From Lepidodermella squamata (Eukaryota; Animalia; Gastrotricha): 64,000 nucleotides of DNA. Positions 11,001-21,900 of this stretch are shown here, one piece after another (position 1 is the stretch's first letter; each line of letters begins with the position of its first letter). Location: NCBI GenBank assembly GCA_047495785.1, contig JBLDXI010000015.1, positions 1,736,001 through 1,800,000 on the forward strand, read 5' to 3'. The translations under genes were made by a program, and so were the position numbers. Below the pieces are notes generated by a model that was not told the DNA's origin, made no database searches, and saw only the letters and a list, made by a program, of their open reading frames with translations.

Positions 11001-13850
11001 GAACCCCAATCATCCCAACAGAGGCGATGGTTAGAGTAACCACGGATTCTATCTCTGAGAGGTTGCGGAATCGAATTTTCACCTTCTCACAATCCGTTAG
11101 CTGTTCGTTCGGTGCCCAGCCTTCTTTACAGGTAACGCATCTTGTCCCGTTTGAGACATAAGCCCCCGCTGGGCATGGTTGACAGTCCCAACAGCAAGGT
11201 AGTGCAACGTTAGGTATAACCTTAATTTGGTTGAAGTTGCACGGTTTCGAGCAGAATGATTCAGGAATTCCTGCAGACTCAGTACGAGCTGAAATGTTGC
11301 TCGGCCAGACAATGATTGAGTCATTTACGAATAGCTCGTTGTTTTCCCATTCACCGATAGGCATGTATCGGTAGAGAGTTGGTTTCGAAGTCCCGGCTAC
11401 GGCTTGGAAATTCCACAACTGATATTTGCCGACACCGTCCATATCTCCGTCAAATCTGACCACCTCTCCAGCGTAATTCAGGAATGAGACAGTTTTGAGG
11501 CTTTCGAAGAGCATAGAACCGTTAACAAAGGGATAAAGATGCTCACAAGAGCGAATCTATCAAAGGAAAACAAGTCGTGTGTTATAAGAATGAATGCAAC
11601 ATCACAAATTCAGCAGTACCATACCCCCCCCCCCCTTTCCTCCCCTCACTTTGCAACCCCTGCGATCCTACGTTCCCTGATCCGAAGATACTCCCATAGG
11701 GGTTCTTTATTTCGGCTCTTCTAAAGAACTTCCTTCCCTTATCTGTCAACCCAGTCATGAGGCGAGGACCCGCGTAGACCCTACCCGATTTACGGTAAAG
11801 GGGAAGGTAAAGGGAAAGCCCCCTTATGATAGGGGATTACTAACATCTCCAAGTTATCAATGGTTACCCCAAACTCTTGATGTTACTATTAACTTACATT
11901 CTTTCCCCAGCATTCTTGGAGGAGAACATTTCGTATAGCATGGGCAACAGCATAGACTGAATTGACGACGAATCCAAGCTTAGCATCCTGCTTCAACCGC
12001 TCATGCTGCGGCGTAGTCTCGTTACCCGTGCAGAACCTCAACTTCTGCATCATCGACGCCGTTGAAGTCGTCAAATTCCCATAAGGGTCTCCACGTAAAG
12101 GATAGGCAGTTGTCAACTTGGCAGATCTCGTACTAATCCGCCGGCTGAAAGGACTGGCAGTCAGGCCGAGTAACGCACTGGCAGACATGAGACAGCCATG
12201 CTTCTGCGCCCAGTACTCGGCAAACCAAGGATTTCGCTCGTGGGGTACTGTATGAGGCGTCATGGCGTAGAAACGCTCCTCGAAATCTGGGACTCGTGGC
12301 GACCAATGCGTGACGGACAGCCCTCCATTCGCTGCAGATTCAAAGCCGCGGATAATGTCTTTCCGAACGTTCCAACCATCACTTCCAACCACGACGTAGC
12401 TTCCATTCAAGTTATGCTTCGTCAGAGTTCGGAACAACGCTCTAACACCCAATCCATCACAGAAGCAAACGATAACCCGAGTATCTGGGTGTTTTGCGAA
12501 CTCGTTAATCAAATGGTTGTATTGCTCGTGGTTATCAGGCACTCTTAACAAGAATTTTCTCGAACTCGCCAGGCATACTCCGGATTTAGCCAGGACCTCA
12601 CGAAACGCTTCATACCCCTTCTCGCCGTAGTTACCTTCGGTGTAGATGCCGTGGATATACTGCCAGCCGAAGTGTTTGATGACGTCTACTAACATTTTCG
12701 CCTGTTCCTGATCACTAGGGATGACGCGGGCGAATAGGCGGAACATGGTTTTGTCGCTAAGTTGCGGTGACGTTGAGCCAAAGTCAACCTGAGGAATGTC
12801 GAACATTTGAGCAACTTCTTGCACGGCAACGCTGATTTCGCTAGATGCGGCGCCGAGAATGGCGGCCAACGGGCTTCGGTGAGTTTGACTCGTTGAACAA
12901 TGATCATCGCCAGCTTTCGATTTTATAAAATCCATTGTCCGCTCCAAAGCTACCTAAATGAGTAAAATTTCGGAAATTAAAACGATCGATTAAATTCATT
13001 TTAAAATAAAGGACAATTTATAAAAAAAAATTAAAAAATGATAAATTGGGGCCCAATTCCAGAAATGTCAAACAAAATTCCGAGGAAATTCAAAAATTTT
13101 AAAAACTGAAATTTTTTTCAAATTTTAAAATTTTGAAAAATAGTTTATATTCGAACCTGTGTTGTCCAGCATGTGTCTCGAATATCATAGCCAATCGTTA
13201 CCCCCGGTAAAATCTCTTGCTTCCTATTAATCTCCTCAATAGTCCTGAAAAATTTCGAAAAATTTCAAAAAAACTTTAAAACAAAAAAAAAGTCTTCACC
13301 ATATTAGTTGTTCCATCCTGTGCATGCCATACTCTTCCCATATGATACTACACCTAACCGGGTAAGATTTCGCTGAGGCCGGTCTGTGAATCGGCAGTAG
13401 CACGCCAATTATCACGTCGCCATCTTTAAACGCCCGTTGCCTGTAGCTGTGGAGCAAAATCTGCGCAATTTCTTCATCTGTCTCCACCGAAGCTGCTTGG
13501 TCGAGTTCAGCCATCGATTTCGGCGATGCATCCATCGAATACATGTGCTGACGAGTTGTATGCGAATATTCATTCGTCAACGGCTGGTCTTGCTCGGCAG
13601 CCATGAACTCGACGTTGTTGTAGTTGAGAATCGCATCGTCCCGTGCGGTATTTTTAATAGCGCCCTTGCCTTTCCCAGTCACGGTCAGGTTGTTTCGATG
13701 GACGAGTTTTTTCGGCCGCATTGTTGGCTTCATATCGACAGGTGTGCGCATTCGCGGAAAATCCGCCGGGGTCACGTGGGTCCGTATTGCTGCCTGGGCG
13801 ATGAGGCCAAGCCACAGAACCACCAAACAGCCCGGCAAGAAGCTAATCAT
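8044..13850 (-). CDS. Metabotropic glutamate receptor-like class C GPCR (group I-like VFT, divergent 7TM, ~600-aa C-tail)
   Basis: Exons 13850-13300, 13244-13157, 12953-11898, 11556-10597, 10544-9889, 9508-8044, all phase-compatible. Signal peptide; VFT motifs GDVIIG, GYDIRDTC, STSPQLSDK...FARVIPSD, GNYGEKG, GSDGW, DAKLGFV; Cys-rich CCWDCQPC; 7 TM segments. Confidence 0.9.
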
Positions 13851-14857
13851 TTCGGTTTAATTTAAAATAAGTTTTTCTCAGCTCATTTTTTTTCTCTGGA
13901 ATGGATGAAGATTAAAATTTTGAAAAATACGAAATCACGTCAGTACTGAGCAAAAAAACATATGGCGTGTGTTCAACAATACGGAGAATAGGTCCAAAGA
14001 AAATGGCGAAAAATTCCCAAAGGGTGTGTACAAAATCGAAACAAATTTAAGGTGGATTGTGTGTGCGCGCTTTAAATACGGCTGTGTACTACAAAAAATT
14101 GTGCGAGCGCCCTAAAAGTAAAAATATAGACGGCGAACACAAAAGGCTGATTGATGAAGGCAAATTTGTTTCGTCCATATATAGCGTGATTTTTGCGCTG
14201 AAAATGTACGGAAGCGTAAAATGCTTAATCAATAAATGCATGAGTGAAAATAAGGCAATATTTGTATTTCATGTACAAAATCAACTAATAATAGTGTTTA
14301 ATTTCTAAGCACAATAATTTTTGAAAAAAAATCGAAAAAAAACATAAATTATTTTTTTGATGTTGTGTTCATAAAATAGCCAAAGGGATATCGCTGTCAA
14401 ATTTTAGCGCTACATTATGCTATTATTTCTGCTGCTCCTCGTGTCTATCAATGGTCAATACAAATTTTTCCATTATTTATGACATGACAGCTATATCTTA
14501 CAACATCCGAAAATGTGCGCAATGGCGCTGCCTCAACTTCATATATTGCATTAGTGCCAGCCATCGGCGCGCTTGTAAAAATTATTTGCGATACATGAAA
14601 TATACAACAAATAATTTACTGTATAATAAAAATCGCGTAATAATAGGTATATTATTATAACACTCGTACGATATATGCATGATAATCAATCTGTTTACGC
14701 GCCGCCGCAAACGAGCGTGAAACAAGTCTAGCGGAAAAGCAATCACTGCATCAGTTTCAAACTATAAGGATATAGCTGAAACATGATAAGATGGTAATAG
14801 CAATATTGCGCGAAAAACATTCTGTCACTGTCACCCAACGATTTGAGGTCATTTCGG

Positions 14858-15015
14858 GGTACAGCGACAAAACAGCAACGGCGCAGAACAGCAAATACGA
14901 CAAAACAGCAAATTTTTATTTCGCGACGAAACAGCTAAAACATACTGAGTAAAAGATGCATCAAATTTCTGCTGTTATGTCGCGTTTGCTGTTTTGGGTA
15001 TTTGCTGTTATGACC
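14858..15015. repeat. Palindromic interspersed repeat built of AAAACAGCAAA units (MITE-like)
   Basis: Direct units followed by inverted GCTGTTTT units; a homologous copy lies in reverse orientation at 55737-55910. Confidence 0.65.
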
Positions 15016-15919
15016 ATTTCGGACACACTGAAAAAAATGCGTTAACTCGATAAAAATTCTTGCTTTATTTTTTGATGCTCACAGTTTTTGAATATATATT
15101 CGATCAAATTATACATATCATCGTAAATATATGAGAAGGCTATCAGCGTCAATTCATCAGTATTAACGCGTTAGAAACCAGGACATCGATCGTAAAATGG
15201 ACACGAATATTTGGACATTATTATAATACTATATCAAGAGCTAAAATTCATTCAGCTAAGCGGCGCGAGAAGAAAAAAATAAGGGATAGTATTTTTCAAC
15301 CATTTTTTCACAGCACAAAATTTCAAAGTTATAAATAATTTTTTTATCACATTCTTCAAGAACAACGATGAATATAAAAACGCAATAAAAATTGTGCGCA
15401 TGTGTATTAATTCTAGTGCGGTGTTTTCGGACTTTTGCGTCACATAGTGGGTGAGAAATGGGATATTATACCATTCGATTAAATTTTTGATCATAAACCC
15501 AGAAATTTGATACTTTTTGTCTGCTGCTGCTTTTTGACTGAGCAGTTAATTTCATCATTTCCATACAATCACAAAACTGTTGCGGCAGCAGTTTTGAACT
15601 AAACCATGAGATTTTCAGGTGGCGTCAAATAATGTCAAGGTGAAATCGGATTAGCCGCCACATTCAAGCCATAAAAATGTCAAAAGAATATATTGTCAAA
15701 AAAAGTGTAGTCAACACAGCAAAAACCTTCGTTCGAAAGGCACATCAAAAGTCAACGACCACAACATAAATAATCACGTGTGTTATGGAATATCGAACTG
15801 AGTGTCGCGAAAGAAATTTTTTTCACGAAGGTCGCTTTGATTTTTGTGCATCAATTATTATGAATAATCTCACTAAAATCGGATCCGCGCTTATGTTACT
15901 AATAAAACAGGGTCGGGTT

Positions 15920-18900
15920 TTATCGATAATTCGTGCTGGGCGGCTGGAAGCGACGACTGGCTGACGGCTGGCGAGGCTGAGGAGGCAACATAGCTGGCAT
16001 CTTTAATGAAAAAAATAAATTAAAAAATCAGAAAAAATATTTAACAAATTTCAAAATGTTAATTTCAAAAACAGCAAAAAATTGTTATTACCTGAGAAGT
16101 TTGAAAGATCGTTAGAACAGTCTGATTAGATTTTTCTAGGCTAGCGGCGGACGTAGTAATTGGTCTGTTAGACGGAGACAAACAAAGCCGCGGAATTAAT
16201 TAGTGAGCAGTTTTTTCACGAAAAAAATGTGTGTGCGATTTTAAAAGCGTTATTTCAACTATTTTTTTGAGGTAGCAGCTAAGTAGAAGCTTACATAAGC
16301 CAAAGTTGGTTGAAGCGGAGAAACTTCAGCGCCTACCACGTGGCCGTTGGCCGCGAAATTTTGCGCCTTGTTCGAAGACTGACCAGTGACTTCGAGGTCT
16401 GAAAAAGGTAAAAAAAAAGTTGAAAAATTAAAGAAAATTTAATAAAAAAAATTATTACATTGCAACCGATCGTTGATCCTATCGAGAGACTTCATAATTT
16501 GCTCCTCTTCCATCGACAAAGCCGATCGGCCTGAAAAATTAAAAAATAATTAAATTGAAATCGAAAAAATTCAGTAATAGATTTGGAATAAAGATGAAAG
16601 TGCGCGATTTTTTTCCGGAAATAAATTCGAGTAGTGCGATATATAAAGAGCTATCAACTAAATGATGCGATTCTATGTTCAAGTTCGATAGTTTTCAACA
16701 CAATTTTAAAGATGGATGTTAACCTGCTGCTTCGAGGCGCGCTTCGGCCTTACCGGTCGGAATGACGAATAATCGAACTTGCAAAACGTGAATTTTCACA
16801 ATTAAAATACGGCAGAAAGACGTTAATTAAGCTCATTCAAGGCTAATTAAAAATTTAGCGTGAAAATTCAAGTTTTTTCCGCTTACTGTAATATTCAATT
16901 TTAAAACTGGCAATATAATTTAAAATTCAAATTAAATAAGGTATCAAAATTCATTTTCTACCGCTATAAATACCGCGTTTTCTCCCTCAAAAGCACACTC
17001 AATTTTTTGTTCTCAAAATCATCTGGAAAATGAGATTCGTCACTGTTATTCCCGCTATTTTAGCGGCATTTTTGCTATTCGAGGATGCAAATGCATCTAC
17101 AGCGCTGGATCGAGGTTGGAATTTGTTGCAATTGCTTGGCGGGGCCCAAGCCAGGCCCCCAGTCTACCAACCCGCGCCGAATAATGTCATCCCAGGCCTA
17201 ATGAATCTAGGAATGCATGGGGCTTGGATGTCAGATTCTTGGAACCGCCGCGTCGGCCGGTCAGTAGAAGACCAACATAATGGTTCATTCTCAAAATCGA
17301 AAATTTTATCAAGTAATAATTTTGCTTTTTCAGTTTACCATGAGGAACAAAACGGACCAAGTGGCAGGCACCCTAGAGACATTTCGAAAGCCCGCCGTGA
17401 TTGCTGCTCTTACAACGCATGGTGCAGGTGCTGCCTAAGATGGTGTTAATTTTGCTAGCTTTAAATTCAATTCAGCAGTTGGACAGGAAACAAATTTCTA
17501 GAGATAATTTTTCCAAATATCGAATATTTTCTCCGATAAGGCGTCCTATTCTTCCTCCTATCCTTCGTCCTATCCTTCCTTTAACTCATTGATTTATCAA
17601 TAAATTATTGGAAATACAGCCCACTATGTCTTCTGGATTTGAAAATTTTTCACAATTTCGGCTTTTCAATTCCAACTGTTCTAAATTATGAAAACTGATG
17701 ATTTCTAGCGAGATTTGTGTTCCGAATTTTCGGAAAAATTAGAAGTCGGAAAATCGAGGCCACAAAACAGTAAAAACTCGAATGACATGGCAAATCGAAT
17801 AAGCTAAATCGGCCAGATATTATAAACTGCAGAGACACACATTTCTGAATTGAAAATTAAAAAATTCAAATTTTTAAATAAGTATTGAAATTTTCAAAAA
17901 TTTCAAAATTTCAAATTTCGATAATTTACATTCAAAAATCAAAATTTGAATTTTACTGATTTGCTCTACCTTTCCTGATTTTAAAAATGATAATGAACCA
18001 ATGGGTGAAATTACCATTTCCGGCCGATGTCTGGTATTGTTGTTGAGGTATCGGTTGCAGGTTGGACTGGGGCGGCAATTGTGGCGCCACAAACTGCTGG
18101 TGAATCTGCTGATGCGTCGCCTGTTGATGACCCATATTCCGCGACTGCTGCTGAATCTGATCGATCGCATCGTGAATCGCCGACTCGGACAACCCACCAG
18201 CCACCAACTGCTCAGCCGCTAAAAACGCCATCGTACTCTGCGAGACATTATCCCGGTTAGACGGCGAATTAGGAATCGCCGGGTTAACCCCGGTCGCGAC
18301 CAGCGACTTCAACGGCCCGCCGTTCGAAGCAGTTGGCGCTCGAATTTGATGAGATTGCGCTGCGTTGAATGTCGCCGCGCCTATCAGGGCCGAATTGCCC
18401 CCGGTGTACATTTGCGAGTTGATGTTGCTGCCGTCAATGTACAACTTATGGCCCTGTTGGTTGTTGGCCTGTTGGGCCGGGGCGATTCGCGCGATGCCGG
18501 TCGAAGGCGCCGAGCCGCCTCGTGGCAGGGTTGAATAGGAATTTTGTTGTTGCGGTTGTTGTTGGCCATTCAAGCGAGCCGCTGTTGCGCTTTGAGACCG
18601 GTTCAAACAGCTTCGAACCTTTGAAAAATTCAAAATGGGTCAAATGAAAAAATTATTGAAAAATTCGAAAAAATAAATAGGGTATTTTACAATTTTAAAC
18701 AAAACGAAGGTGTGAAGAACTTTATTTTTTGGGATTTTTAGATATTCTCGAGTAGAAACAATTTTTTAAAACGATAAAACCGTCATTGGTTTCGATCATG
18801 AAAAATTATTTGCCATAAATATTCAAACAAAAATCGGAATAACGAATGTCTGGTTTCTATGATTCTAAAAATAAAGAAAAAATAAAGCAACTATTAATCG

Positions 18901-21900
18901 ATATTTTAAAAAATTATCGATAATAATTTTGAATTATTCAAAATTAAAATTGAAAATTTCCAAGATTTGAAATTTTCAATTTTTCAAGGTAGAGTTTTTA
19001 ATAAGCAGGATAAATTAATCAAAATGAAAAAGCGAAGCTTCATGATACTGTAAGATTAAAAAAATATTAATTAAAAATATTTCTAGGTCAAAGAAAAAAG
19101 ATCTAAAATGAGTAGAGGTGCGAAAAAAATTCAAAGAAGGGGAAATTTATCTCGCCAATAACTTTTTGCAATACCGTAGCCTGAAGTTGAAGTAGTTGAC
19201 AACATAAGGAAAATTAACAACAACAACAATGATAATTGATCGTGCATAATAAATTAGAATAGTAAAAATTCATTTTCATGTGCTATAGGTGTTGACTAAA
19301 TTTTGAGTTCAAAAAAATGTTCGTGCTAATTTTTCCCGATAATTTTTTGTTTATCACTAACTTGCCAAGGTAACACGGTCTAAATTAACCAACAATTTAA
19401 CAATAAGAAAAATCTGAATCTTTTCGCGAACTAACCTTTTCCCAGAGCCAGTTAATTTCCGCATCACTTGGCGTGTTGTCAACCGGAACGGCCTGGTGCG
19501 ATGACCCGTCAAAAGTGGAGTGGTAACCCTGCGTCGCAGAATTCGGCCTCGCCCCAACACTCGCCTTTTGCTGCTGTTGTTGCTGCTGCTGGCCCGTAAC
19601 CGCAACAGCAGCGCCCGGGCGCTGTTGCATGCCAATAACCGGCGTCACATTATTCGACCTCGGCGTGGCCCGGCCGCCCATTTCCACCCGAATTATCTGC
19701 GAATTCGACGCAGATTTCGTCAAATTTTGCTGTTGTTGATTGAAAGCCTGATTGCTGACAATCTGGCGACCAGTCACAGGTTCCTGCTCCTGTTCGTCCA
19801 TTGTAAACAGCACTTTCCGGCGTTGCTTCGACGAATTTTCGTCCGGTTGTTTGAATTTTGTCAGCTCAATGCTATCCCGAACAGCAATCGGGCCATCTGC
19901 CGTTAGATCAGCAATGTGAACATGGCCGAATGTGACGGATTTCGAGTCTTGGTGGCCGCGTTGTAGCTGGCTATTACTACCACCCATCCGGTCGTTGTTA
20001 TGCATCGATGGCGATGACTGATGACTATGATGGCTGCTTGTTGAAATGGTTCGCTCGAGGCTTGGCGATCTTTTCAAGATCGATTTGATCACAGGAGTTT
20101 GTTTCATCATGCTGCTTGGTCCATCGATGAAATCGTTGTTTTCTGGCGCGGTTTCAGCCCTGCCGTTGCCGGCCATCGCGTGGTTCAGTTGTTGATTCGC
20201 CATGTGCTGGCTCGATTGTTGCTGATCGGCGAGGGCCGAGTCGGAGTTGTAGCGTTTCATGTTTGATAGACTCGAATTACCGCCACTTGGGTCGACGATG
20301 TTTGCGTATTTGTTCACAGGCCTGTACAGAATATAGAGAAAATGTCTTAAAAATAGAGCAAACAAATGATGTTTTAATGCTATAGATCTTTCCCAAAACT
20401 CAGCATTCGAAAGGTCTCATATTGGACGTTCTGCAAACTGCGGTTTCCCGTTCTAATCCAGAGGCAACTACATAAGAGCATTTCGAAATCAATTCAAGTA
20501 AGTGAGGAAATCCGACAGTAACCAATCGAGGGATTTAAATGAAAAATAGACCACTGTGTTGAATGAGTCAATCAGCCAAGATTATAACCCGGCCTAGTGG
20601 CCTAATGGTAAGGCGTCGGCCTCCGGAGCCGGAGATTGTGGGTTCGAGTCCCATCTGGGTCGCAAACTTTTACGTCTTCTTGAATAAATCGATTAAACAC
20701 GACAAATTTATCAAAATGTTCAGCAATCAGCCGGCTCAGTAGCTTAGTGGTAGAGCATCTGTCTTGTAAACAGAAGGTCGCGGGTTCGATCCCCGTCTGG
20801 GCCTCGGCATCTCTTTTTCCCCAGCTTTGATAAATCGATGATCAATTAAGAAATGAGGATAGGATCTAGGGTGACCACAAGCGCCTCCTTGGCTCAGTTG
20901 GCTAGAGCGCCAGTCTCATAATCTGGAGGTCGTGAGTTCGATCCTCACAGGGGACAGCTTCAACTTTTTAACAATTAGGATCCTAATTCCTAACTAATGT
21001 CACATCCAAATTAGGTTCCATCTTCATCCTCCCTGATGGTCTAGTGGTTAGGATTCCGCGTTCTCACCGCGGCGGCCCGGGTTCGATTCCCGGTCAGGGA
21101 ACTTTTGCTATAGCTTGGCAGAAGATTGAGGTTTTAAACGAGTGTTTGACGCCGGAGCTACTTAGCATCCAGGTTCCGTAGTGTAGTGGTTATCACGTCT
21201 CCTTCACACGGAGAAGGTCGCGGGTTCGAACCCCGCCGGAACCTTGTCGAAATTTTTTCCAACATCGATAAGGTTACATTGCCATTAGAAGAGGCTCCAT
21301 GTCTTCTGAAATCATGTGGGGATGTAGCTCAGTGGTAGAGCGCTTGCTTTGCATGTAAGATGTCCCGGGTTCAAACCCCGGCATCTCCAAATTTTTGAAA
21401 CTGAAATTTTTGAAAACACAAAGTTCGAAAAATTCTCTTTCTTCAAATATCTTGTCTCATTTATTAACAGGTTCCGTTGTGTAGTGGTTCATCACGTCTG
21501 CTTTACACGCAGAAGGTCGCGGGTTCGAACCCCGCCGGAACCTTGAGACTCTTTTTGGTCTATTCTACTTCCTTTGCCAGAGTTAAAGCTCGAATTCATT
21601 GCTTTTATGAGTCTTTTCATTTGCAACGCGCTATAAAACCCAACCCATAGTCCTCTGTCTTTCAACAAGAATACTTTTCATCGATCAACCAACCAAGTTC
21701 TCCATGGTTCAATTGATTTTCCAGGTGCATGAATCATTCGCGATCGATGAAGCGCCACATCCAATATTGCATCAGTCAATTTCTGCCATATAATGTCCAG
21801 CTTTGGCGTTCTCATTATATCTCAATATTTCCCACTTTACCTCAATTCGAACATTACATGCCTCGTCGCCATACCCATGCAAAACTCAATCACGAAGACC

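Larger units (their letters stand above)
20591..21543 (+). repeat. tRNA cassette copy C (Arg-Thr-Met-Glu-Val(CAC)-Ala-Val(TAC))
   Basis: Conserved order; lies inside CEP126 intron 20322-24480. Confidence 0.9.
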
